Shown: positions 27,042 to 36,286 of the stretch, piece by piece
Numbering within the stretch: the stretch's first letter is position 1
Layout of the letters: the number at the start of each line of letters is the position of its first letter
Source: Verrucomicrobiota bacterium
GTDB lineage: Bacteria; Verrucomicrobiota; Verrucomicrobiia; Palsa-1439
DNA: 64,000 bases
Assembly: GCA_003164675.1 (NCBI GenBank)
Contig: PLTX01000092.1
Span: forward strand, 2,296-66,295
Direction of reading: 5' to 3'
Made by a program: the position numbers and the translations under genes
Notes under the pieces: generated by a model
The model's database searches: none
What the model saw: only the letters and a program-made list of their open reading frames with translations
Told to the model about the DNA's origin: nothing

Positions 27042-29391
27042 ACAGCAGCTAATTGAGTTTCTCGGCAGCCAACCGCGCCGGGTCCATTTTGTGGGCATCG
27101 GAGGATGCGGGATGAGTGGACTGGCGCGCCTGTTGTTGCAACAAGGGCACCGCGTGACCGGGTCGGACATGGCGCCCAATGGCGGCATGAAGGAGTTGCA
27201 GAAATTGGGCGCTCGAATTTATAGCGGCCATACGGGCCAGAATATCAGCGAGGGGACGGAGTTGGTGGTCTACACGTCGGCCGTTGGTGGTGAGAACGTC
27301 GAACTTCAGGCGGCGGCGGAACTGAAGATTCCGCGGGTGCGGCGCGGGTTGTTGCTGAGCGCCTTGATGAATCACCCCAACAACATCGCGGTGGCTGGAA
27401 CTCACGGCAAGACGACGACGACCGCAATGATCGCATACGTTCTCACGCGAAGCGACAGCGCGCCCAGCTATTGCGTCGGAGCGCAGGTGCCCGTGCTCGG
27501 CGCCAATGCGCAGATCGGCGGGGGGAAATACTTTGTCGCCGAAACCGACGAGAGCGACGGCACGCTGGTCGGGTTCAGTCCGGAATACTCCGTGTGCCTG
27601 AACATCGAGCCGGAGCACCTCGACCACTACGGGTCGATGGACAAGCTTCGTGAAACCTTCGAATCATTTTTCGCCAGCACGCACAAGACCGTGTTTCTGT
27701 GCGCCGATTGCGCGAACTGCCTGGCGCTCGCGCCAAAGTGTCGCGCGGCGATCACCTTTGGACTTTCCCCGAAGGCGGATTACCGCGCGCTGAACGTCGA
27801 GCAAACAAAGTGCGGTTCACGGTTTACGGTCTCCTGCCGGGACCAGCAGATCGGGGTGGTTGAATTGACCATTCCCGGAATGCAAAACGTCACCAATGCG
27901 CTGGCAGCGGTCGCGGTGGCCGACGAACTGGGCGTGCCGTTCGAGAAGATCGCCGATGCGCTCAAGCGCTTCACAGGGGCGACGCGACGGTTTGATCGGA
28001 AGTACGATGAGGATGGAATTCTGGTCGTGGATGATTACGCGCATCATCCCACGGAAATCCGCGCGACGATTGCGGCAGCCCGCACGATGCTGGCGAGGGA
28101 AAACGGGGCAGGGTATCGGCGGTTGATCGTGGCGTTCCAACCGCATCGGTACACGCGTACGCAGGCGCTGCTCGAGGAATTTGGCTCGGCGTTTGTCGGC
28201 GCCGACAAATTATTTCTCACGGACATCTACGCGGCGAGCGAAAGGCCCATTGAAGGAGTCAATGGACGGATGCTCCACCAGACCGTGGTCGCATCCGGGC
28301 AGTCGGAGGCCGTGTTTGAAGCGGACCCGGAGATGCTGGTGGTGCGGCTATTTGCGGAAACGCGGCCCGGCGACCTGGTCCTGACCATGGGCGCGGGAGA
28401 CGTGTACAAGGTGGCCGAATCGCTGGTGCACAAGCTTCGCAGCCGTGGACCGAACGTTCTCAATCCGGAAAAACAGCCCATGAAGATGCAGGCGGATTGG
28501 AAGGTATTGCTCTCGGAGAAGTCCAAGATTCGCCGTGATGAACCGATGGCTCGGCACACCTCGATGCGCGTGGGCGGCCCGGCCGAGTTTTGGGTTGAGC
28601 CCGCGGATGAGCGCGACCTTGCGCGTCTCTTGCATTACTGCCACGTCCGCGAGGTTCCGGTGACGGTGATTGGCCGCGGGACGAACCTGCTCGTGCTCGA
28701 CGGGGGCATCCCGGGCGTGGTCATCAGCCTGGCCAACGATGAATTTACGAAGGTCGAGGTGGACGGGGAACGGCTCGTGGCGCGAGCCGGAGCGAAGCTG
28801 AAGACGATTGTGGCGGTGGCGGCGCGGAACCAACTCAGCGGGCTGGAATTCATGGAAGGGATCCCCGGATCGCTGGGGGGCGCCCTGCGCATGAACGCGG
28901 GCGCGATGGGCAAGCAGATGTTCGACGTGGTCGAGTGGGTCCGCTACATCAGTTACGCGGGTGACACGTACGATGCGGAGGCAAGAAGTCTTCCCGTGAC
29001 GTATCGGAGTTGCCCGGTATTTCACAACCACATCGCCCTATCGGCGATCCTTCGCGGCATCAAGGCGGAGCGCAAAGCAATCGAGGGCCGGCTGAAGGCG
29101 TTTGCGCGGCGGCGATGGTCGTCGCAACCGGTCAAGCCAAGCGCCGGCTGTATTTTCAAGAATCCCGAGGCGATCCCGGCCGGCAAATTGATTGAGGAAT
29201 TGGGGTTGAAGGGTATGTCGATTGGCGGAGCGCGCGTTTCCGAAATGCACGGGAACTTTATTGTGAACGAGGGACGGGCGACAGCCAGTGACGTGATGCA
29301 GTTGATTGCGGCGATACGCCAGCGGGCGCGTCAGGAGCGCGGCATCGATCTCGAACCCGAGGTGATGATTCTCGGAACGGAAGGACGCTAG
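27031..29391 (+). CDS. MurC-MurB fusion protein (UDP-MurNAc:L-Ala ligase fused in frame to UDP-N-acetylenolpyruvoylglucosamine reductase)
   Basis: N-terminal 460 aa is MurC (GIGGCGMSGLA, GTHGKTTTT). After an approximately 25-aa linker, the C-terminal 300 aa is MurB (HTSMRVGGPAEFWVEP...VTVIGRGTNLLVLDGGIPGVVI). No stop codon between them. Confidence 0.8.
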   Translation: MGNKQQLIEFLGSQPRRVHFVGIGGCGMSGLARLLLQQGHRVTGSDMAPNGGMKELQKLGARIYSGHTGQNISEGTELVVYTSAVGGENVELQAAAELKIPRVRRGLLLSALMNHPNNIAVAGTHGKTTTTAMIAYVLTRSDSAPSYCVGAQVPVLGANAQIGGGKYFVAETDESDGTLVGFSPEYSVCLNIEPEHLDHYGSMDKLRETFESFFASTHKTVFLCADCANCLALAPKCRAAITFGLSPKADYRALNVEQTKCGSRFTVSCRDQQIGVVELTIPGMQNVTNALAAVAVADELGVPFEKIADALKRFTGATRRFDRKYDEDGILVVDDYAHHPTEIRATIAAARTMLARENGAGYRRLIVAFQPHRYTRTQALLEEFGSAFVGADKLFLTDIYAASERPIEGVNGRMLHQTVVASGQSEAVFEADPEMLVVRLFAETRPGDLVLTMGAGDVYKVAESLVHKLRSRGPNVLNPEKQPMKMQADWKVLLSEKSKIRRDEPMARHTSMRVGGPAEFWVEPADERDLARLLHYCHVREVPVTVIGRGTNLLVLDGGIPGVVISLANDEFTKVEVDGERLVARAGAKLKTIVAVAARNQLSGLEFMEGIPGSLGGALRMNAGAMGKQMFDVVEWVRYISYAGDTYDAEARSLPVTYRSCPVFHNHIALSAILRGIKAERKAIEGRLKAFARRRWSSQPVKPSAGCIFKNPEAIPAGKLIEELGLKGMSIGGARVSEMHGNFIVNEGRATASDVMQLIAAIRQRARQERGIDLEPEVMILGTEGR

Positions 29392-29403
29392 AAAGCTGCG
29401 AAG

Positions 29404-30363
29404 ATGAGGAAACTGAAGATCGCTGTATTAATGGGAGGGCCGTCGGCGGAGCGGGAGGTGTCGTTGCGGTCCGGCACGGCCGTGGCGAATGCGTTGACGG
29501 CGACCGGTGCCAAGGTCGTGCCCATGGACATTCAGGATGCGACATTTACGATTCCGGCGGACGTAGACGTGACGTTCCTTGTGCTTCACGGTACCTTTGG
29601 GGAAGACGGTGCTCTCCAACGTATCCTCGAGGAGAGGGGGATTGCGTACACGGGATCCGGTCCCGCGGCGAGCGCTCTGGCGTTCGACAAGGTCGCGGCC
29701 AAACAATCCTTCCTGGGCGCGGGAGTCCCGACGCCGGCGTACGAAGCATTCGAGAACGCCCAACCGATCGGGCCGCGACTGGCGCGACTCGGTTTCCCGG
29801 TGGTGGTGAAACCCTCGCGGCAAGGTTCGAGCGTGGGCATCAGCATTGTGCAACAAGCGGCCGAGTTGGCCGCAGCCTGTGAGTTTGCCGGCCAATACGA
29901 CAATCGGTTGCTGGCAGAGCAATTCATCCCGGGCCGCGAGTTGACAGTTGGAATCCTGGACGGCCGGGCATTGCCGGTGGTGGAGATTCGCCCGAAGCAC
30001 GGCTTCTTTACCTACGAAGCAAAATACACGAAAGGCGAAACCGACTATCTCGTGCCGGCGTCGCTCGACAAGAACATCGAATTTCGGGCGAAGACGCTGG
30101 CGCTGCGCGCGCATGATTGCCTGGGCTGCCGGGACTACTCCCGCGTGGACTTGATGCTGTCGCGGAACGGCCAACTGTTCGTGTTGGAGGTGAACACCAT
30201 ACCCGGATTCACCGAGACGAGCCTCCTGCCCAAGGCGGCCCGGGCGGCGGGGATCGAATTTCCGGATCTATGCGCGCGATTGGTGCAACTCGCCCTGGCG
30301 CGGAACGGTCGTAACGGCACACGTGTCCCCGGCGAGAAAGAGACGGTTGCCATTTCCCGATGA
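29404..30363 (+). CDS. ddl: D-alanine--D-alanine ligase
   Basis: ATP-grasp. VLHGTFGEDGALQRILE motif and a C-terminal E/N ATP-binding region. Confidence 0.9.
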   Translation: MRKLKIAVLMGGPSAEREVSLRSGTAVANALTATGAKVVPMDIQDATFTIPADVDVTFLVLHGTFGEDGALQRILEERGIAYTGSGPAASALAFDKVAAKQSFLGAGVPTPAYEAFENAQPIGPRLARLGFPVVVKPSRQGSSVGISIVQQAAELAAACEFAGQYDNRLLAEQFIPGRELTVGILDGRALPVVEIRPKHGFFTYEAKYTKGETDYLVPASLDKNIEFRAKTLALRAHDCLGCRDYSRVDLMLSRNGQLFVLEVNTIPGFTETSLLPKAARAAGIEFPDLCARLVQLALARNGRNGTRVPGEKETVAISR

Positions 30364-31232
30364 AACTCGGAAACCGAAGAAAGATGCGCCCCGAGTACCT
30401 GCTGGACGTGAAAGTCCAGACGCGGGGACGCTCGTTGCGGCGGCTGCGGGTGGGAACGGCCCTGTTGGTGGGGCTCGGCATGATCGTGCTTACGGGCTAC
30501 GGGATCTGCTGGCTGGTGAAGGCGACGATTCACCGGTTGGTGTACGACAACCCGCGCTTTGCGATTCGCCAGATCGTGGTGGACGACGACGGCGTGCTGA
30601 CTCCGGCGCGGGTGGTCCAATTTGCAGGCGTGCGGGTCGGGGAGAACCTGCTGTCCATCAACCTGGACCGGGTGCGCAGCAATTTGGAAATGCTGCCCCT
30701 GGTGCGGGCGGTGGAAGTGCGGCGGATGCAGCCGGATCGATTGTTTATTCGTGTGGCGGAACGCACCGCGGTGGCCCGACTGCGCGTGGCGACCCGCGAG
30801 ATGGGAGATGAGACATTTTATATCGACCGCGCGGGCTTTGTGATGAAGGCCATCAGGCTGCCCGACGGGACGGTGCTGCAGCCGCAGACGCCGCGGCCGG
30901 TGCCGGTGTTGGCCGGTGTGACACTGGCCGACGCGCGGGTGGGCCGGCAGGTGGAATCGGAACAGATTTATCGGGCGTTGGAGTTGTTGGACAAACTTGA
31001 CCAGGCCGTGGCGGGCTCACTCCTGGAGGTCGAACAAATCGATTTGTCGAAGCCGCGGCAATTGGTGTTGACCACGCGTCAGCGCACCACGGTGAAAGTG
31101 GACGTGGAAGATTTTCCCCAGCAATTGCGACGGCTGGGAGTGATTTTGCGATGGGCACAGCAGCGGCAGAAATCGGTGCAGGTGGTGGACCTGACCGTGA
31201 ACCGCGGCGTGCCCGTGACATTTGTTAATTAG
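30360..31232 (+). CDS. ftsQ: Cell-division protein FtsQ/DivIB (POTRA)
   Basis: Bitopic membrane protein with a POTRA-like region. Position between ddl and ftsA. Confidence 0.75.
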   Translation: MKLGNRRKMRPEYLLDVKVQTRGRSLRRLRVGTALLVGLGMIVLTGYGICWLVKATIHRLVYDNPRFAIRQIVVDDDGVLTPARVVQFAGVRVGENLLSINLDRVRSNLEMLPLVRAVEVRRMQPDRLFIRVAERTAVARLRVATREMGDETFYIDRAGFVMKAIRLPDGTVLQPQTPRPVPVLAGVTLADARVGRQVESEQIYRALELLDKLDQAVAGSLLEVEQIDLSKPRQLVLTTRQRTTVKVDVEDFPQQLRRLGVILRWAQQRQKSVQVVDLTVNRGVPVTFVN

Positions 31233-31250
31233 AAAGGTTCGGTTGGAGAC

Positions 31251-32480
31251 ATGTTACCGAAGGAGAAGATCATCGTAGGGTTGGAAGTGGGCACATGCAA
31301 GGTGTGCGCCGTGGTCGGCGAGGTGCTGGACGACGGCAACATCATGGTCATCGGGGTGGGCCAGGCGAACTGCGAGGGCGTGCGCAAGGGGGAGATCATC
31401 AACATCGATGCCGCGGTGGAATGCATCCATGCGGCCGTGGCCGACGCCGAGGAGAGCGCCGGCGTGGAGATTCACAATGTGTACGCCAGCGTGAGCGGGG
31501 GCCACATTCGCAGCTTCAATAACCGGGGCACGGTGGCGGTGACCAACGACGAGCGCGAGATCTCGGAAGAGGACGTTCGCAACGTACTGCTCAACGCCAA
31601 GGCAGTGAATATTCCGATGGACCACGTGGTCATCCACGCCATTCGCCAGCACTTTTTCGTGGACGGTCACGATGGAATACAAAATCCCGCGGGGATGATC
31701 GGGGCGAAGCTCGAGGCCGACGTGCACGTGATTTACGGCGTGCGCACGCGGCTTCAAAACACGATCAAGTGCATCAAGCAGGTGCCGCTGGACGTGGCCA
31801 ACATCGCCGTCAGCAGTTTCGCTTCGGCGCTGGCCGTGCTCACGTCGGAACACCAGCAACTGGGCGCGGTGGTCATCGACATGGGCGGGGGCACGACGGA
31901 TTACATCGTGTACAGCGAAGGCACGATTCAACACAGCGGCGTGCTGGCGGTGGGCGGCGACCACATCACCAACGACGTGGCGATCGGGTTGCGCATTCCG
32001 ATGAACCGCGCCGAGACGCTGAAAATCGAGCACGGGTCAGTGGAAGTTCCGCCGCAGGAGGAAACGATCGCGCTGAAGCGCGAGGTCGGGCTTCCGGACC
32101 GCCAGGTTTCGAAACAGCAGCTGTGCCGCGCGATGAACCTGCGCGTCGAGGAGACGCTGACCCTGGTGAAAAAGGAGCTGGAAAAGCAAAAGCTGCTCGA
32201 TTACCTCGGGGCGGGGGTATTCATCACGGGTGGCTGCGCGCGATTGAGGGGCCTGGAGCCGCTGGCCGGTCAGATCTTCGGGTTGCCGGTTCACATCGGA
32301 CACAGTTTAACGGTCGGGGGGCCGACGTCGGCCATTGAGAGCCCCGAGTATTCGACCGCCATCGGTCTCGTGCGGTACGCGCTCGGCTCGCAACGCGACC
32401 AGCACCAGGCTCCGCCTCCTTGGGAACGGGTGGGCCAGAAATTTCAGCATCTCCTGCAAAAAGTGCGGGCGTTTATGTAA
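31251..32480 (+). CDS. ftsA: Cell-division protein FtsA
   Basis: Actin-fold FtsA (VGLEVGTCKVCAVVGE...VIDMGGGTTD). Confidence 0.9.
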   Translation: MLPKEKIIVGLEVGTCKVCAVVGEVLDDGNIMVIGVGQANCEGVRKGEIINIDAAVECIHAAVADAEESAGVEIHNVYASVSGGHIRSFNNRGTVAVTNDEREISEEDVRNVLLNAKAVNIPMDHVVIHAIRQHFFVDGHDGIQNPAGMIGAKLEADVHVIYGVRTRLQNTIKCIKQVPLDVANIAVSSFASALAVLTSEHQQLGAVVIDMGGGTTDYIVYSEGTIQHSGVLAVGGDHITNDVAIGLRIPMNRAETLKIEHGSVEVPPQEETIALKREVGLPDRQVSKQQLCRAMNLRVEETLTLVKKELEKQKLLDYLGAGVFITGGCARLRGLEPLAGQIFGLPVHIGHSLTVGGPTSAIESPEYSTAIGLVRYALGSQRDQHQAPPPWERVGQKFQHLLQKVRAFM

Positions 32481-32494
32481 GACGGAGAGCCGTG

Positions 32495-33868
32495 ATGACA
32501 CCCCGACACAAGGCAGTTTCGAAATTGGCCACGGAGCCGGCAGCACAACAGGAAGCCAGCGAGAACATGGAAAAGAAATCAACGCCCGGGCAGAGGATTC
32601 GACTGAAGATTTTCGGAGTGGGAGGCGCTGGTTGTCACGTCATTAGCCAGATTGCCCAGTCCCGAGCCCAGGTGGACCACCCGTTGGAAGGGGTCGACCT
32701 GGTTGCGATCAACACCGACCTGCAAACGCTGAACGAAATGACCGGCGCGGAGACGTTGCAGATTGGCGGGGCGGTGACCCATGGATTGGGGACGGGCGGC
32801 GAGCCGGAGATCGGCGCGCGCGCGGCGCAGAACGATGCGGAAAGAATTGAGGCGCTGGCGCAGGGCGCGGACGTGGTGTTCATCACCACGGGATTGGGCG
32901 GAGGAACAGGCACGGGAGCCAGCCCGACGATTGCGCGCATCGCGAAAGAGCAGGGCGCGCTTGTGCTGGCGTTTGTCGCGTTGCCGTTTTCGTTTGAGGG
33001 GGACCGGCGCAAGCAGCAGGCGTTGTTGGGGCTGGAGCAGCTCAAGGCGCAGGCGGACGCGGTGATTTGCATCCCGAACGACAAGATTGTCCGCATCGCC
33101 GGCGCGGATTCGAGTGTCGTCGATGCGTTCAAACGCGCGGATGAAACGGTCATGGTGGGCGTGCAGGCGATCTGGCAGCTCTTGTCGCGCAAAGGACTGA
33201 TCAATTTGGATTTTGCCGATCTGCGCACGACGCTCGGGTCGAAGCATTGCGACGGGTTGTTCAGCTACGGGCAGGGGGAAGGAACCAACAAGGCATGGGA
33301 TGCCGTGAAGGCGCTTCTCGACAATCCGCTATTGGACAGCGGCGACGTATTGGCCAAGGCCGAGGGCGTATTGGTGAGCATCCTGGGCGGGCCGGATATG
33401 ACGCTGGCCGACGTGCAGAAGTCGGTCGAACCGATTTCGCGTCTGGCAAACCGGGCCCATGTGATCATGGGCGCAGCGATTGACGAGGTCTATCGCGGGA
33501 AGTTGTCGGTGACAGTGATCGCGGCGGCCAACATTTTGCCGAGACGGATTGTGCCCCAGTCCGCGACTGCAAAGCCATCGCTTCCGCATCGTGCTGTGGA
33601 GACCATGTCACCGCAGACCACTTCACGACCGGTCTCGATTCCTGCGCCGGCGGTTGCCGTGGCGTCGGCATCCAAACCGGCGGTGGAGGAAGCGCCGAAG
33701 GCCGAGCCCGTTGTCGCCCAGAAATCGCCGGCCAAGCCGAAGCAAGAGACGTTGCCGCTCGAAGGCGTGAGCCGTGGTCGGTTCGACAAGAGCGAGCCGA
33801 CGCTGTACAACGGCGAAGATTTGGATGTGCCGACGTTTATTCGCCGGGCAGTCAGTTTGAAGAGGTAA
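32495..33868 (+). CDS. ftsZ: Cell-division GTPase FtsZ
   Basis: GVGGAGCHVI tubulin signature and GGGTGTG. Conserved C-terminal peptide DLDVPTFIRR. GGAGAG ribosome-binding site. Confidence 0.9.
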   Translation: MTPRHKAVSKLATEPAAQQEASENMEKKSTPGQRIRLKIFGVGGAGCHVISQIAQSRAQVDHPLEGVDLVAINTDLQTLNEMTGAETLQIGGAVTHGLGTGGEPEIGARAAQNDAERIEALAQGADVVFITTGLGGGTGTGASPTIARIAKEQGALVLAFVALPFSFEGDRRKQQALLGLEQLKAQADAVICIPNDKIVRIAGADSSVVDAFKRADETVMVGVQAIWQLLSRKGLINLDFADLRTTLGSKHCDGLFSYGQGEGTNKAWDAVKALLDNPLLDSGDVLAKAEGVLVSILGGPDMTLADVQKSVEPISRLANRAHVIMGAAIDEVYRGKLSVTVIAAANILPRRIVPQSATAKPSLPHRAVETMSPQTTSRPVSIPAPAVAVASASKPAVEEAPKAEPVVAQKSPAKPKQETLPLEGVSRGRFDKSEPTLYNGEDLDVPTFIRRAVSLKR

Positions 33869-34614
33869 GCGAAGTGCTCGCCGATTGGCGCAATGGAACC
33901 GTTTGGGTCGGTGACGGATATGTAGATTGTAAGGCTCTGCCCCCTAAACCCAACTCGCGGCAGGTGCTGAATTTTTCAGCATACCACGGACAACGGGTCG
34001 AGGGAAAGCGTCGGAAGATTTATGGATAGCAACGATCCATAACGCAGCGAGGCGTTGGACAATGTATGGCAGTGACAACTACGTGGTCGAGGCAGATTAG
34101 GATGCGGCGAGACTGATACATTGGCAACTAATGTATCGTGGGATGACGACAGGAGTGAAAAGGCGGAAGGCAGGAAGGCGAGCCACAGATTGCCGCGGAT
34201 GGCACGGATTTGGCGACGAGGCGGATTGTGAACCACGGAGATTCACCCCGATATCCGCTGTCGGGGCAGGCAGAGGGCGCACCACGTGATGGCCGGAAGA
34301 GTTTGGCCAACCCACGCCTGCGGCGGGTAAACGTGGGCTTCGGGAGCGAGCGTGTTGAAGAATTCGTCAGGAGGCAGGTGGTCCGCCGACGCAAACCCGG
34401 AGCTTCGGCGCGACAAGCGGGAGCTGGTTGGCAAATGGCACAACGATGAGACCGGACCCGATTCCCCCTCGTCTTCGTTGGGTCCTCTAATCGCCGACAC
34501 CTAGTAGTACCAGGCAACAAGCCGTGCGCAATACATTGTAGTGCCATGGATCGTGAGGAGGCGGGCAAGGTGCGATGACGGAAAGATTGCGTCCAGAGTC
34601 AAGGTCTGTGGATG

Positions 34615-34675
34615 TGGTGCGAGGTCGGGAGACCTTCGCACAACGGCGAAAATTCGGCGCTTCGCAGAAGCGCCT
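34615..34675 (+). repeat. Copy A of a conserved intergenic hairpin motif (TGGTGCGRGGTCGGGAGACC..CGCACAACGG) with a second GC hairpin downstream
   Basis: 29 of 32 positions match the copy at 53270-53301. The differing bases are compensatory within a 9-bp stem. Confidence 0.4.
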
Positions 34676-34741
34676 CTACACCGAAATCTGGTAACAGCGG
34701 GCTGCGCGTGGTACACTGGGTAGCGGAGAGTAGATGTTGCC

Positions 34742-35920
34742 ATGCCGAAATCGGATCCAGTTTCAGGTGAGAGCCGTGGCGGGAAGGGGAGGAAGGCCGC
34801 AGGTTCGCTGGGCGAAACCCTGTCGCAGTTGACGAGGGAAGGCGAGTTGTACGAGAAACTTCCCGAGGGCAAGGTGCGGTGTTACGCGTGCGGTCATCGG
34901 TGCCTGATTCTGGACGGGCATGACGGGATCTGTCGGGTGCGGTTCAACCGTGGCGGGAAGCTATTCGTGCCGTGGAACTACTTCGGGGCGCTGCAATACG
35001 ATCCGATCGAGAAGAAGCCATTTTTTCACGCGCTGCCCGGGACGCTGGCGATGAGTTTCGGGATGCTCGGGTGCGATTTGCACTGCGGTTATTGCCAGAA
35101 CTGGTTTACGTCGCAGTCGTTGCGTGATCCGAGGAGCACGGCGCAGCCGATTCCGATGAGCGCGGAGGGATTTGTGAATCTGGCGATCAAGGGCGGCGCG
35201 GATACGGTGACGAGCACGTACAACGAGCCGCTGATCACGAGCGAGTGGGGTGTGGCGATTTTCAAGGAGGCGCGCAAGCGCGGGCTGCGCACGTCGTATG
35301 TTTCCAATGGCAACGGCACGAAAGAAGTGATCGATTACCTCAAGCCGTGGGTGGATTTCTACAAGGTCGATTTGAAAGGCTTCGACGACAAGAGCTATCG
35401 GCAACTGGGCGGCAAACTCGACAATGTGCTCAAGACCATCGAGCGGCTTCACGAGAAAGGGTTCTGGGTGGAGGTCGTCACGCTCTTCGTGCCCGGGTTC
35501 AACGACAGCGAGGACGAGATGCGGGGGATCGCGAAGTTTCTGGCGGGTGTGTCGCGGGATATACCGTGGCATTGCACGGCGTTTCATCCGGATTACAAGA
35601 TGGTCGACCGGGATTACACGACGCTGCGGACGATTATGCGCGCGTGCGAAATCGGGAAAGAGGAAGGGCTGAACTATTGTTATGGGGGCAATCTGCCGGG
35701 CCATGTCAGCGACTGGGAGAACACACGTTGCCCGAATTGTCATGAACTGCTGATTGAGCGTTGGGGTTTTGAGGTGCAGAACTATTATCTCACCGACGAC
35801 GGCAAATGTCCGAAGTGCGCGACGGCCATCGCCGGGCGCTGGGACGCGGGCAGGACGCGCGCAGCCTTGCGAGGTTTGAAGTTCACGGAGCGGATTCCTC
35901 GTGCGGTGAGGCCACGCTAA
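34742..35920 (+). CDS. Radical SAM enzyme, AmmeMemoRadiSam-system type (pyruvate-formate-lyase-activase-like)
   Basis: CDLHCGYCQN cluster plus extra Cys motifs in the N-terminal (CYACGHRC) and C-terminal (CPNC...CPKC) regions. Family signature of AmmeMemoRadiSam. Confidence 0.7.
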   Translation: MPKSDPVSGESRGGKGRKAAGSLGETLSQLTREGELYEKLPEGKVRCYACGHRCLILDGHDGICRVRFNRGGKLFVPWNYFGALQYDPIEKKPFFHALPGTLAMSFGMLGCDLHCGYCQNWFTSQSLRDPRSTAQPIPMSAEGFVNLAIKGGADTVTSTYNEPLITSEWGVAIFKEARKRGLRTSYVSNGNGTKEVIDYLKPWVDFYKVDLKGFDDKSYRQLGGKLDNVLKTIERLHEKGFWVEVVTLFVPGFNDSEDEMRGIAKFLAGVSRDIPWHCTAFHPDYKMVDRDYTTLRTIMRACEIGKEEGLNYCYGGNLPGHVSDWENTRCPNCHELLIERWGFEVQNYYLTDDGKCPKCATAIAGRWDAGRTRAALRGLKFTERIPRAVRPR

Positions 35921-36211
35921 CGTTCGGCACCGGGGGCAGGGTGGGCCGGTGAAGGGAAAAGCGGACGCGGTGGGGGGCGTCTTGATATTGGCACCATCGT
36001 TTGGCGTGTCACCCTGAGCGAAGCGAAGGGTCTCGGTCGTCTTAGCCCTGCAAACACAGGAGAAGGTCTGAGATTCTTCGCTACGCTCAGAATGACAACC
36101 TCTTGGGAGCCAGCGGTGGTGTCGAGATACACACGGTTGGCTGGCGTGCTGGGAGCGGAAAAGATTCGGGTTGCAAAGCGGGGGGGGATTCAGTAGAAGA
36201 GACGACGCTTT

Positions 36212-36248
36212 CGAGGCCACAGGTTGCGGGTTGTGGCCTTGATTTTTG
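36212..36248 (+). terminator. Rho-independent terminator downstream of the radical SAM gene
   Basis: AGGCCACA-GGTTGCGGGTT-GTGGCCT hairpin followed by TGATTTTTGGG. Confidence 0.5.
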
Positions 36249-36286
36249 GGCGAAAACAACAGCAGTCGAAACAACGGTTGTAAGAC

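Noticed and set aside
34630-34650. SAH riboswitch (shares a CACAACGGCG-like segment)
   Set aside because: The 5' half of the SAH element (GAGGAGCGCUGC) is absent. The same motif also occurs in an unrelated context at 53.3 kb, and no ahcY or metH is downstream.
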